A stretch of 64,000 bases of DNA, from assembly GCA_951406725.2 (NCBI GenBank), contig OX597829.1, positions 23,932,001 to 23,996,000 of the forward strand, written 5' to 3'. Shown piece by piece: positions 12,526-26,704 of the stretch. This stretch comes from Octopus vulgaris (Eukaryota). The translations under genes were made by a program, and so were the position numbers. The notes under the pieces were generated by a model, which saw nothing but the letters and a program-made list of their open reading frames with translations, was not told the DNA's origin and did no database searches. Numbering within the stretch: position 1 is the stretch's first letter; each line of letters starts with the position of its first letter.

Positions 12526-13290
12526 GAAGTTTGAAGCAAATGGAACTCTTAAGTGTCCAAATGTCTACAAAAAACGTTCCAGAAGACTAGACATCAACAA
12601 ACCCCAAAATGCAAGGAAGTGTATAGGAATTATATTGCCAGAATTCAAGAAAATCTGTGTGGCAAGCATTTTGAAGTGTTGTCATTGAAAAAGTTGTATC
12701 CCAAGAATAGTCCACGCACTCAATGAAGATAAACTAGGCTGAAAAGTGTTTTGTGATTGGTAGTTAACAAGATGTGTAGAAGATGCACATTTTCCAAAAC
12801 AGATTGTTTGGAATGATGAGGCTACATTTAAATTAAATGGTTCCATTAACCACCCCTTTTGTACCTGCTGTTAACTTGAGAATCTGTATATTATGAAGAA
12901 ACATCATGTCAATTTAGCTCTGACAGTTTGTCATGACAAGTATGCAAGAGGATTTTGACAATGCAGAATTTTATTTCGAACAAGATAGGTCATTTCCATG
13001 CTACCCTATTAATGTTTAGGACCTATATTGATGAGATTTTACCAAATAGGTGAATTAGATGGAGAGGTTCTGTAGAATACTTTCTATTTTCTCTGTACTT
13101 CATACCACTAAACTTTTCTTAAGGTGATAATTAAACGATAAAAGTTTACAGTACAAAACTGACAACAGTGGATAAATTGAGGGCAGCTATTGGATGAATA
13201 TTCACTCAAATACCAAACAATGTTTCTTGATGTTTGCGATTCTGTTGCTTCATGCCATCAGCTGTACCTGGACGAGAATGGTCATTAGTT
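12526..13290 (+). pseudogene. Heavily decayed Tc1/mariner-superfamily transposase (DD37D/DD41D-like)
   Basis: Motifs [62 protein letters not shown] and ENGH*FE occur in the expected order, with stops and frameshifts. Confidence 0.7.
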
Positions 13291-14234
13291 TGAAAACAGG
13301 CATTCATAAAAAAAAAATTAATTTCTATCTGTAGATTCTTCTAATTTTTGAAAATGAAATGTATTTTAATAAACACTGACTTTGTACTCATTCAAATATA
13401 TGTATACATTTATGCCGGTGGCATGTGTAAAAAGATTCAAGCGAGGTTGTTGCCAGTACCACCTGACTGGCCCCCGTGCTGGTGGCACGTAAAAAGCACT
13501 CACTACACTCTCGGAGTGGTTGGCGTTAGGAAGGGCATCCAGCTGTAGAAACTCTGCCAGATCAAGATTGGAGCCTGGTGCAGCCATCTGGTTTGCTAGC
13601 CCTCAGTCAAATCGTCCAACCCATGCCAGCATGGAAAGTGGACGTTAAATGATGATGATGATGATGATGATTTTATACATTTTTTTGAGACACCCTTTGT
13701 GTGTTTGTACATTATACGTGCATGCGTATACACATGCGCACGCACATGTATTCTACTGAATCGTTTCTTGGATGATTCTGAAAAGTACATGTGTATATAA
13801 ACCTTCCACAGAACTAGATGTGTGGGTGTGCATTGTTCCACTGTTCTCTTAATGTGGTATTTTTTTTTTTTGTGACGTGTTTAATATTAGTAATTATATT
13901 TTATGTATGCTAAATGATCAAACTTCAATTAATGCCTTTGCTGTATCATTTCGCTGAGTTCTAGTTCTGCACCATTTGTTGAGTTTATTTTATATATTTT
14001 TCTAGAACAATATTTCCTTCTAGGATTTTAAATTGTTCAAGCAGCCATCTTTTCACCTGAAGCAGTTACTTCTTCTAATCAATATTTTCTCTGTTGGATC
14101 TCTGATAGATTTTGGTTTCACGCAACTACAATGTATATATATATATATATATATTTATGTATGTATATACTCAAATATACATACATGCATGTATGTATAC
14201 ATACATGCATGTACACACACAAACATGCACATAC

Positions 14235-14277
<43 letters not shown>

Positions 14278-15084
14278 GTTTAAAGTGAAATGTATTACTC
14301 CTTTCCAAATACCAACACACAAATTCACTCCCTTCATCCAATCACGAATAGGAGGTGAACGTTCACATTTATATACGCTGGTTTAGCTTTGCGTGTTGCT
14401 TGTAAAAATAAAGAAGTAAAAATTTCTTCTTCAAATAAACTGGCTGCTCGTTCTAGCCTGCTGTTTAGAAATAGTGATTTCATAAAACATTATTGATTTC
14501 TATGTACAATGCTCAATAGCATTATCAACATCTCCCTCCTTTACTCTGTCGTTCTGTCATTCCAACACTCTGTCTGTCAATCAATCTCTGCCTTCCAAGG
14601 CACCGTCCCTGTGAATCCAAGCAACTCAGCTTTGCAACTCGCAAAGCAATGTAACATCTGTTTACAGAGAAATGAACCAACTAATATATCTAATAATAAT
14701 TTTTTTCTAAAAAAAAAAAAAAAAAATCAACCCCCCTCCCCTCCCCCCCATCCACAAGCAGAATGGTCATTGGTCATGTGAAGACATATATTTGGATCAC
14801 GTCAGTTTCTCATATTGGATCAATGATTAGATTTCTAGGTCTGTTATTGTTCTTGTAACATTTTCGGAATCTAGGGGAACCACATGTGGAATATGTTGGT
14901 TTCTGTATTTCTGAAAATGTTGTCATGCACTACACTCTGCTAGTCTTCTGTCATGTTGATTATAAATGCACAAAGGTAAATCTCGTTTTCTCTTTCATTT
15001 GTATTGCAACTAATTTCACACATGGTGTGTGTGTGTATGCTTATGTGTATATTTATGTATTTACATTTGTATATTTATATCTAT

Positions 15085-15138
15085 ATATATATGTGTGTGT
15101 GTGTTTGTGTATATGTGCATGTGTATATATATATATAT

Positions 15139-15170
<32 letters not shown>

Positions 15171-15314
15171 GTATATGTATATATATATGTATATATATAT
15201 GTATATGTATATATATATGTATATATATATATGTATATATATATGTATATATATATATGTATATGTATATATGTATGTATATATGTATATATATATATAT
15301 ATACCCACATGTAT

Positions 15315-15347
<33 letters not shown>

Positions 15348-15380
15348 TACACGTTAAATATAGATGTGTGTGTGTGTGTA
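15085..15380. repeat. Compound (TA)n/(TATATG)n microsatellite
   Basis: Directly visible; it generates the YI/IY pseudo-ORFs. Confidence 0.95.
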
Positions 15381-15695
15381 TGAATACATATAAAAATATA
15401 TACACATATAAAGACATAAATAGATTGATAGATGGTTATATATGTATATACATATAAATGTGTATGATGAGCAACATGTCATTCGAATTTTTCTTTTGTT
15501 GGTAAGACTGTATAACCCTTATTCTAAATGGCATTTAATCTGATTTTCCAACTCCCAAACCTGAGGAATTTGATATTCTTTCATAACCTATGAGGCTTGC
15601 TGTTGTTATAAGTGTTGTTGTTGTTGTTGTTGTTAAGTAATTTATAAACACAATAGTGATCACTGTTCAGCTTTCACATTATCATCAACTACATT

Positions 15696-15734
<39 letters not shown>

Positions 15735-16580
15735 ACATATACGTCTTCATATACATGCATGCATGCACACACTTGTGGATATGCACACATTTGTGTGTTC
15801 ATCTGTACACATACTGATCCTATAGAATATACACATATGCATGTTTATACATTCACTATAATATATTACATAAGCACACATACTAACACATGCATGCTAT
15901 CATATGGTTCATGTATTCATGAATACACACACGGATACACATATACAAATACACACACACCACATACAAATACACACACTCACACACAGATACATATAAC
16001 CACACATATAAAACCTCATATACATACATACAAATACATATACTTCTAAATACATATGAATACATGGCCAAATACACAAATTTACTTATATGCTCGCACA
16101 CACAAATTATGGTATCGTACATATATCTTCCACATTCATGGATCTGAATCTTTTCCTCATAATTTTCTCTGTCAAGTGACATTTTAAATAAATCAAGAAA
16201 ATAATTAAACTGAAATAATTAACACCAAATCTGTCTAATGAACTTTGTAGGAGATGTAGGAAAAAGAAAGGGCGTATTCAATACATGTGTTTATTCAAAA
16301 TCTAGCGTTAAATTCTTCTTTCATAATTTTGTTTATTTACACGCAAACACACACACACACACACACGCATATGCATGCTTGCAAAGATGCAATTAATTAT
16401 GGCCCTTTATATGTTTTGAATTCTACTGAAGTAAACCTTCTGGTATCAATTAAACAGACATCGTCATCATCATCATCTCCACCACCACTATCATTATCAT
16501 TGTCTTTATCCGTCATTATATTTTTATAATTATTTGTTGGTTGCTTAAATTATGCCAGTTTGTTAAATCTTAACATAGTG

Positions 16581-16608
16581 TCTATCTATCTATCTATCTA
16601 TCTATCTG

Positions 16609-16675
<67 letters not shown>

Positions 16676-16800
16676 GTATCTATCTATCTGTATCTATCTA
16701 TCTATCTATCTATCTGTATCTATCTATCTGTATCTTTCTATCTGTATCTTTCTATCTGTATCTTTCTATCTGTATCTATCTATCTGTATCTATCTATGTG

Positions 16801-16833
<33 letters not shown>

Positions 16834-16844
16834 TTATCTATCTG

Positions 16845-16881
<37 letters not shown>

Positions 16882-16908
16882 GTATCTATCTATCTATCTA
16901 TCTATCTG

Positions 16909-16948
<40 letters not shown>

Positions 16949-16987
16949 AATCAATCAATCTACCTATCTATCTACCTACCTACCTAC

Positions 16988-17053
<66 letters not shown>

Positions 17054-17100
17054 GTATCTGTCTATCTATCTGCCTATCTGTCTGTCTGTCTATTTGTCTG

Positions 17101-17135
<35 letters not shown>

Positions 17136-17170
17136 GTCTCTCTCTTTATGTCTCTCTATCTGTCTATCTA
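16581..17170. repeat. (TATC)n / GATA tetranucleotide array (~590 bp)
   Basis: Directly visible, with tctg, tacc and tcaa variant units. Confidence 0.97.
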
Positions 17171-17228
17171 GCTGTGTATATGAATATATTTTGTAGACAA
17201 ACAGATTGATAGATAAATAGATAGATGG

Positions 17229-17271
<43 letters not shown>

Positions 17272-18307
17272 AACATTTATTTGCAAACAACAAAGTATAT
17301 ATCAAATTTGGCAAACTGACAGAAAGCAATTCTTGCTTTTGACTATGAATTCTTGAGTTCCAAGCTAAAGCTTCACTGGATCCAATTTAATTTCCATCTT
17401 TCCATGGAAAATATAAAAAAAGTGCCAGTAAAAAATCCTGGGGCAGTCCAATATAACCAACTATATTAGTACTCACCACACCTTATGCAACTGTTAGACA
17501 TTGTTATTTTGGTAAAGAAAAAAAGAAATTGTTTTTCTGGAAAATATAATGTCCAAAATATAAAATATTCATCTCTTTGTCCTCAGGGAAAAATGTATTT
17601 CTCTCTGTAAACTTTTGGTATTTATAATTTGCCGGCACTGCAGACCATCAACAGTTTTGTTCAGTTCTGTGGTTTCACTATAAAATATTCACAAAGATGT
17701 AGAATAACTGATATTTTATGGCTGGCTGCTTCTGGACATTCATTGTTTTCAGACTTCAAAAATCCACTGGGATCTCAATTGTATCTTTGTGTTCCTTCAA
17801 AGTTGTTATTTTAACCAATCCACAAGAGACAACCACTTCCGGTTCTATCATAGAAAACTGCTGGTATTGGAGTGGTTATGTTTTAATTAAAATCTTCCAC
17901 CATTCATGTAAAACATTCCATGTTCTAACATCAGCTGAATGTAAAAATTAATTAGTAAACCAATTATGTTTCACATTATTTAAAGTAAAAAATTAATTAG
18001 TTTACTAACTCTCTCCAAATTCCTTAATTATAAAATTTATTGAAACATAAGCAGCACATTCTGTTAGAAAGTAGGTCATGATATGTTTGAGTTAATACCA
18101 GTAATATACTTGGATTCAATTTTATCAATTAATAGTGTCTTAATACCTTGTCAAAATTATTTGTGTAAATTACAGCCAAATTATGAAGAATTATTTGTAA
18201 ATTCTGTTTCTGTGTCACTATCTGAAGTTGTAATTTAATCTTAGAATGATGCTATAGCTATTACATGATAATTTTGACATTATTTTTGATATGAAGTTAT
18301 ATATGAC

Positions 18308-18338
<31 letters not shown>

Positions 18339-18530
18339 TGTTATGATGTTATTAATGACATAGAATTTTATGATACAATTCTTTTATGGTACAGATATAA
18401 TGTTGTTATATATGATATAATGTTGTATAATGTTATAATGTTATGATAGCTCTATATGATATAATAATCTTATGACATTATCAATTACAGATTAATATTA
18501 CAATGTTATATATGGTACAATAAGATTATG

Positions 18531-18569
<39 letters not shown>

Positions 18570-18600
18570 ATATAATAATGTAATATGTTAGGTTATATAC

Positions 18601-18820
18601 GAAATATTCATCTGATGAAACTGTGTGTTTGATCTTTATACTGTACTTGAAATACACACAACCATGCTACTTAAGTTTATAGTAAGCAGTTATTTGCACT
18701 CTATGCAGAGTGCAAATATAAGTTGCTTCCATTTCCATGAAACTTAAGTAGCATGTTTGTATGTCTTAAGTACCACATAAAGATCATTTCTTTTTGTATC
18801 AGAGGTATAGCTGAATGTTC
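18601..18820 (+). repeat. Long imperfect hairpin bracketed by hammerhead-like remnants
   Basis: Arms gatctttat...catgctacttaagttt / aaacttaagtagcatg...ataaagatc, with apex tatttgcactct-atgc-agagtgcaaata. Preceded by CTGATGA and followed by tatagctga-atgttc. Confidence 0.65.
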
Positions 18821-19282
18821 ACACGGTGTTTGTATGTGTATATTAGATTTGTTTTTGACATAATAATAATATACCACACAAGGTGTGTTTATTTCTCTGT
18901 GAATAGAAATGTGAATTTGATTTAAACATCTCTTGAGTTGGAAAAGGTGCTATCGTTTTATTTTTTCTTTCAATCTGAATTTAAGATAGAAAATTTTAAG
19001 CTTAATTGGCTGTCTTTTTAGTCTCATAAATTTTAGGTAAGAATGCTGAGTAAGTTTGGCATAATTTAGTATTGGTGAGAATTCTTGAAGGTCAGTGGTT
19101 GCAAGAAAGGAATTTGAGAAGAGACGGGGGCTGGTTGTAAGGTGGAAGGATTGGGTTAATGTTTTGGTAGAACCTCATGGAGAAGAGACATTTATAGCAG
19201 AGACTGGAGAAAAGCAACCTTTGCTGTATACAATGGTAAACATTATGATATGGTATGCACTTACTTTCATACCATTCTGCAT

Positions 19283-19320
<38 letters not shown>

Positions 19321-19567
19321 TGATGTATGTTCGGATGAGTTATGTAGTGACAAAAATGTGTTTTACTACACAATCTTAAAATGATTTAATACTAATCTCC
19401 AGTAGAAATCTAAATTATTCTAAAAACGCTAGATATCTGAAATTATTTTAAGGGTTTTAGACATAACTTAATATTGTATTGTAATCTTCATTATATATCT
19501 GCTTGAATTATTATTATTATTGTTGTTGTTGTTATTGCTATTGCTATTATTATTATTATTATTATTT

Positions 19568-20650
19568 AGGCAGTGAGCTAACAGAATCGTTAGCACGCCA
19601 GGCAAAATGCATAGCTGTATTTTACCCATATTTACGATCTGAGTTCAAGTTCTGCTGAGGCCCACTTTGCTTTTCATCCTTTTGGGGTTGATAAAACAAG
19701 TACCAGTTGCGTACTGGGGTCGATGTAATTGACTTTCTCCCTCCCCCAAATTTCAAGCCTTGTGCCTATAGTAGAAAGAATCATTGCTATTATTGTTGAG
19801 GGAGGTGAGCTGGCAGAATTGTTTGCACGCTTGATGAAATGCTTAGCAGTATTTCACCTATCGCTACATCCTGAGTTCAAATTCCTCTGAGGTCGACTTT
19901 ACTTTTCATCCTTTCGGGGTCAATTGGCTATCCCCACTTCCCCAAATTTCAGGCCTTGTGCCTATAAAAGAAAGGATTATTATTATTATTCAAGCTGACA
20001 GAATCATTGCCATCTTTGCATTCTGAGTTTAAATACTGCCGAGGATGTCTTGCATCTCTTCGGGATTGATAAATACCAGTGAAACACCAAGATTGTTGTA
20101 ACTGACTTGCACCTCCCCTGAATTTGTTCACCTTGTATCTTTAATTTGAAATTATTATAATAATAATAATAATTATTATTATTATTATTATTATCATCAG
20201 GGTGCCTGGCAAGATGGCAGAATCATTAGCACACTGGACGAAATGCTTAGCGGTATTTCACCCATCGCTACATTCTGAATTCAAATTTTGTTTAAGTTGA
20301 CTTTGCCTTTCATCCTTTCATCAATAAAATAAGTACCAGTTGAACACTGGGGTTGATGTAATTGACTCACCCCCACCTCCCCCAAGCTGCTCTTGTGGCA
20401 AAAATTTGAAATAATAATTATTATTATTATTATCAAGGTGGCGAGCTGGCAGGATTGTTAGCACACTGGGCAATATGCTTAGCGGTATTTCGTCTATCGC
20501 TACATTCTAAATTCAAATTCCGTTGAGGTTAACTTTGCCTTTCATCCTTTCAGGGTAGATAAATTAAGTACCAATTGTATACTAGGGTCAATCTAATTGA
20601 CTGCCCCCTCCCCCCAAATTTCAGGCCTTGTGCCTATAGTAGAAAGGATT
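19568..20650 (+). mobile_element. Head-to-tail cluster of about five family B SINEs separated by (TTA)n
   Basis: Repeated gagctggcagaa heads and agtaccagtt...gggg cores at ~19568, 19800, 19990, 20205 and 20436. Confidence 0.85.
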
Positions 20651-20806
20651 ACTACTACTACTACTACTACTATATGTCCAAATCATAATTATATTAGAAA
20701 TAAATTATCGATAAAAAAGAAACTCTTCCTCTCAGATTTTGTGCAGAAATAGCAACCAAATTACACAAACCACAGCTTGCAGTTTTTAATGAAAACATGT
20801 ATTGTA

Positions 20807-21174
20807 GGTGCAGGTGTGGCCCTGTGGTAAGAAGTTTGCGTCCCAGTCGCATGGTTCTGGGTTCAGTCCCACTACATGGTACCTTGGGCAAGTGACTTCT
20901 ACAGTAGCCTTGGGCCAACCAAAACTTTGTGAATGGATTTGGTAGACAGAAACTGAGAGAAACCTCTGTATGTGTGTCTATGTTTGTGCTTGTCCCCCAC
21001 CACTGCTTGATGTTGGTGTGTTTACATCTCTGTAACATAGTCTGGCAAAAGACACTGATAGAATAACTAACAGGCCTTAAAAAATAAGTCCTGGACTTAA
21101 TTCATTCAACTAAAATTTCCTCGAGGTGGTGCCCCAGCATGGCCACAGTTTAGTGACTGAAACAAGTAAAAGAT
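20807..21174 (+). mobile_element. SINE family A (older copy)
   Basis: Colinear with 11062-11460. Confidence 0.85.
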
Positions 21175-21364
21175 ATGATGTTGAATCATAAATTCTTAGA
21201 TATCCTAAAATGATGGAATGGTCATGAGTAGGAACTCTTTGGTCATAGACCTATTCAATCAGGTTTAAACAACAACCACTTTTAGGTATTTCAGTAACTG
21301 TATGCTACCTAGTTGTAATGATTTTTTGATATGTAACATAAATAGTGGGTAGCAATTTTCTTCA

Positions 21365-21712
21365 CTACTTCAGGGAGTGACGACCCTGCCTGACACGAGT
21401 CCCGGGCTCAGCTGGCTCCAGCTGATAGTACCTGGCATGGGCCCTTATCCAGGGTTATGGAAATGATACAACCTTCAGAGAAATCCGGAGTGGAGCCCCG
21501 TAGGTGGTTCAGTGTTCGACTCGACACTCTTCCGGCAGCTCCTGCAACCAAGCTGGGAGAGGAATCGTGACGATTGGGATACCCAGGATTTTCTTACATC
21601 TAGCCCAGGCCTGCACAAAACTGGAGAGGAAACGAAATGTAAAAACCAGACTGGATTAGTTTATGCATAACTCCATTGTCTCCCGAGATAAAAGATGCCA
21701 ACAACAACAACA
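21365..21712 (+). mobile_element. GC-rich short retroposon resembling an RTE 5' UTR joined to a (CAA)n tail
   Basis: aaatccggagtggagcccc...cttccggcagctcctgcaaccaagctgg resembles RTE 5' UTRs (from recall). Ends in caacaacaacaac. Confidence 0.45.
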
Positions 21713-23814
21713 TGAATGAAAAATGGTTTGGGGAGAAATTAGAATTAATGAGGAAATTACATAATTCTGTAAAACTATTTAATCCCCTAATATGTAGTAT
21801 GAATAATAATCATAATGATAATGGTTTCAAATTTTGCAGAAGCCAGTAATTTTAGATGGAGTTTAGTTTCCGTGAGGAACTGCTACCCCAGGTAATAATG
21901 ATGTTTATAATAATAATAATAATAATAATTAATAAAACCAATAATTCTTTCTACTATTGGCACAGGGCCTGAATTTTTGGAGGGAGTGAGCTAGTCAATT
22001 ACACCAACCCAGTGCTCAAATGGTATTTATTTTATTAACCCTGAAAGGATGAAAGTCAGTCAATCTCAGCAGAATTTGAACTCAGAATGTAAAGAAAAAA
22101 AGAATGCTTAGCATTTTATCCAACATCCTAATGTTTCTGCCAGCTCATTACCTTAACAACAACAACAACAATAATAATAATAATAATAATAATAAATATA
22201 AGGGTTATAGAAAAAAATAGCAAAGTAACAGGACCTAGCCATTAAATGAAAAGTGCAGGTAAAATGTATCCCAGTAGTTATAGGTGCATTACGAACTATC
22301 CCTAAAGATTTGTTATAGATGGATAGAGAAAATAAGCATTAAACCTATTTTAGTACAGATCCAGAAAAAATGTTATTAGGGACAGCTATGATACTTAGGA
22401 GGGTTCTTGGCATTTAAAGTTACTTGTAACTCAATGTTAGGAATTTTTCTTTTCCAACTGCGTAATCTCTTGTGTGCATATGAATAATAATATAATGATA
22501 ATGGTTTCAAATTTTTGGCACGAAGCCAGTAATTTTAGATGGAGTTTAGTCTTCATCTTGCAAGCTATCTGGTGACCTCAGCAATGCTGGTGCTACATAA
22601 AATACACCCATTTTGTTTTGTATAATAGTTGGTGTTCAGAAGGGTATCCAGACAAAATATATATATATATTTTATTTACTCCTCATGGAAATATTAACAT
22701 GAAGCCAGCAATTTTAGATGGAGTTTAGTCTTTGTCTTGCGAACTATCTGGTTTCTCCTCATCCATCACCCTCTTGTACTGTCTTATATTCCCCCCCCAC
22801 CACCACTGCAAAGCTCTATAAAATGGTCAAATCTCCTCACACAGGAACTTAGTTTGATTTGAAAACCCCACTAGAATGGGAGAAAGCGCTAATGATCAAA
22901 GTGATATGATATATATATATAAAAAATGTAATATACAAATAAATATCTGTAAATATAAACCACTGGTCTTAATTGATAAATATCAATTTCTACCCTTAAT
23001 TAATTTTATATATATATATATATATATACCATTTCATAGCAGACAGTGGAGCTTGGCACAGTCCTATAACTAACCAGTTGCTGTCAAACTACCCAACCCA
23101 TGCCAGCCTGGAAGATAGATGTTTAATGATAGTGGTGGTGATAATGGTGTATCTATCATTATTTCATTGATAAATAAATAAATTACAACTGAAGTAGAAA
23201 ATTGGATTCAGATAATCAAGCAGAACCTATAGTAAGCACTTCCACAAAGAACCAGCTATCAGTTCACATAATAATTGAATAATGATGTAGTTTGTTCATG
23301 TTACTGACAATCCAGGATATATATATTTAATGTATTATGCCCTGTGAAGACACATGACTCAGTGGTTAGAGTGTCAAGCTTACAAACTGGTTAGTTAGAG
23401 GACTGTACCAAGGTCCACTGTCTGCTATGGCATGGTATATTTTTTTTGGCTGGATACCCTTCTGAACACCAACTATTATACAAAACAAAATGGGTGTATT
23501 TTATGTGGCACCAGCATTGCTGAGGTCACCAGATAGTTTGCAAGACAAAGACTAAACTCCATCTAAAATTGCTGGCTTCATGTTAATATTTCCATGAGGA
23601 GTAAATAAAATCTTTAAATCAATCATAAAATCAGGATGTATGAGAAATGACTACAGATTTATTAGTTCCATATGATTACAGCTGTTTCGTAATTGTTTCA
23701 ATGTAGTATTATTAATTAAATATGTACATTTTTTACATCAATGTATCTTTTGCATTATACAATAGAATTATATATTCACATAGAGATAGATAATAGAAAA
23801 GAGTAACTCATCTG

Positions 23815-23855
<41 letters not shown>

Positions 23856-24555
23856 CAGAACATCAAGGATACATTCAGGGTTGTGTTACAAAAATAGAAT
23901 CCAATATATGGAAGTCGGAAGTAGATACAATAATTTCATTTTTATGAGAAACAATTATTAAAAGAGGTGAATAGGTGAGTAAATAAGTTGATATTTGAAG
24001 TGAAGTGAGAGATTTCTTCTGTAAAGCAAACAATGCTTTTACATCTTGAAATCTTCCATTAACAATTGGGTAATAATTAGAATTTGATTAAGATTTTAAT
24101 TAAGATAGTAGCCAGTTAAATACAATCAGTTTAGAGATGATATGGTAACAGGGAATCAGCAGTAGTCTTTGGTGAAGCATTATTAAAAGTTTGAGGTAAT
24201 CTTACTGTGTTTTCTGTTAGGGTTAATTAATTCTTTGACAAATTAATTCCATGATCAAAATTACTCCAGCTGTGATTACTGCCAATAGTTTTCAGAAACA
24301 GTGTATCTAGGATTAAATAACAACAATAATAATAATAATAATAATTTCGAATTTTGGCACAAGGCGAGTGATTTCAGGGAAGGAGCTTAGTTGTTTACAC
24401 TGATCCCAGTGCTTGACTGGTACTTATTTTATCAACTCCAGAAGGAGGAAAGGTGAAGTCGACCCTGGCAGAATTTGAACCCAGAATGTAAAGATCGATG
24501 AAATGCTGCTAAGCATTTTTTCCCTGTGTACTAACAGTTTTGCCAACTCACCACC

Positions 24556-24590
<35 letters not shown>

Positions 24591-24787
24591 CATATTGGAT
24601 GCAATGTTCAGGTGCTCTACAACTTATCAGAAAAGAGTATAAGAGGAGAAAGAAGCAGACTGGTGAAAAAATTCAGCAATGAATGCTTGAAGTATATACA
24701 CAGTGCACAGAATAAAACGCAAAAATAGAGAAAAATGAGTTGCAAAAGATCCATAGAGAAGGATAAGTTAGTAGGCATGCCTGTGGT

Positions 24788-25190
24788 TTACTCTTTTACT
24801 TGTTTCAGTCATTTGATTGTGGCCATGCTGGAGCACCACCTTAAATTGAGCAAATCGACCTCAGGATTTATTCTTTGTAAGCCTAGTACTTATTCTATTG
24901 GTCTCTTTTGCCGAACCGCTAAGTTACGGGGACGTAAACACACCAGCATCGGTTGTCAAGTGATGTTGGGGGGACAAACACAGACACACAAACATATACA
25001 TACACATATATATATATATATATATATATGACGGGCTTCTTTCAGTTTCCGTCTACCAAATCCACTCACAAGGCTTTTGTCGGCCTGAGGCTATAGAAGA
25101 AGACACTTGCCCAAGGTGCCATGCAGTGGGACTGAACCCAGAACCATGTGGTTCGTTAGCAAGTTACTTACCACACAGCCACTCCTACGC
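24788..25190 (-). mobile_element. SINE family A inserted into a CR1-like LINE 3' end
   Basis: gcctgtggt is repeated at both ends (TSD). The right flank encodes FRNIILLFTIVEAWNKL on the minus strand. Confidence 0.85.
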
Positions 25191-25471
25191 CTGTGGTAGG
25201 TTTAGTAGTGTTCGTGAATTTTGAGAAACCTGGAATTTTTTTAAGAATGTAATGTCTTGACAGTTAACAGTTGATATACATAGTTTATTCCATGCTTCAA
25301 CAATTGTGAACAACAAAATAATGTTTCTGAAAGTCATAATTTCTGCAATGTATTTTTGATTTTTTGTAAGCATGTCCACAAGTGATAAAGGTATTGAATT
25401 CAAAAGGGTGGCCAAAGTTGTTCTTGGAAATACACTGGATAATTTTGTGGATTATTTAATGTATTATGCCC

Positions 25472-25810
25472 TGTGAAGGCACATGGCCCTGTGGTTAGAG
25501 TGTCAAGCTTACGATCGCAAGGTTGTGAGTTCGAATCCCAGACCAGGCTGCGTGTTGTGTTCTTGAGCAAGACACTTTATTTCACATTGCTCCAGTTCAC
25601 TCATCTGTAGAAATGAGTTGCAACACCACAGGTGCCAAGCTGTATCGGCCCCTTTGCCTTTCCTTTGGGTAGCACTGGTGGCATGGAGAGGGTAGGTTGG
25701 TATGCGTGTTCGACTGCTGGTCTTCCATAAATAACCTTGCCCGGACTTGTGCCTGGGAGGGTAACTTTCTAGTTGCAACCCCATGGTCAGTCATGACCGA
25801 AGGGGGTCTC
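25472..25810 (+). mobile_element. tRNA-derived SINE family D
   Basis: tggccctgtggttag A box, gagttcgaatccc B box, core gcaagacactttatttcacattgctccag. Confidence 0.8.
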
Positions 25811-26671
25811 AGCAACACCCTATTGAAGTAAACCTATGGGATGTGAATTAAGAGAGATATATGTAGCTGCTATATCTAACAAGTTAAGTGATCTTGCAGT
25901 GGTTCCATATGTTCTTTTTAGTCACAATGAAAATTGAAAATTGTTGGAAACAAAATTTACATTTATTCTGAGATCTAACCATGCCTATATTAGTAGAATT
26001 AGTAAATCAACTTTATAATAAATGTGATATTGCATAATTTGAATAAATATATTTGTTTTATATCCTTTTATGATCTGAATTTTAATATCACACAGGTTGC
26101 CTTTGCATTTTATTCTTCCAAAGTAGATAAAATAAACAACTGGTTAAATATTGGGGTGACAGATACAATTAGCTATAATTCTTTGAAGGTGATGCTCCAG
26201 TATGGCCGATGAGCAGTGACAAAAGCCTGTAAGATTGTATATATATTCAAAAAAAAAATTAAAACTGAAGCTGAGAGTTCCTTGTGACTCAAGTTTCATG
26301 TCATTGCAATCACCAGGCAAAACCAACATACATATATACACAAAATATATACATATATATGCATGGATATATATGTACACACACACACACATGTGCATGT
26401 ATATAATTATTATTATTATAAAGACAGTGAGGTGGCAGAATTGTAAGCCCAGCCAGGCAAAATGCTTAGCGGTATTTCATCTGTCCCTACATTCTGAGTT
26501 CAAATTCTGCCACGACCAGCTTTGCCTTTTATCCTTTCAGGCTCAATAAATTAAGTACCAGTGAAACACTGGGGGCAATGTAATCAACTAGTCCCCTTCC
26601 CCACAAATTCTAGACCTTGAAGCCTTTTCCATGCCAGTATGGAAAGCAGACGTTAAATGATGATGATTATG

Positions 26672-26704
<33 letters not shown>

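Noticed and set aside
14826-14882. Resemblance to a miR-10 star arm (ttcggaatctagggga)
   Set aside because: The opposite arm lacks the miR-10 mature sequence and the hairpin is weak.
14886-17209. Long ORFs of YI, HT and YLSI repeats
   Set aside because: They are translations of TA, CA and TATC microsatellites.
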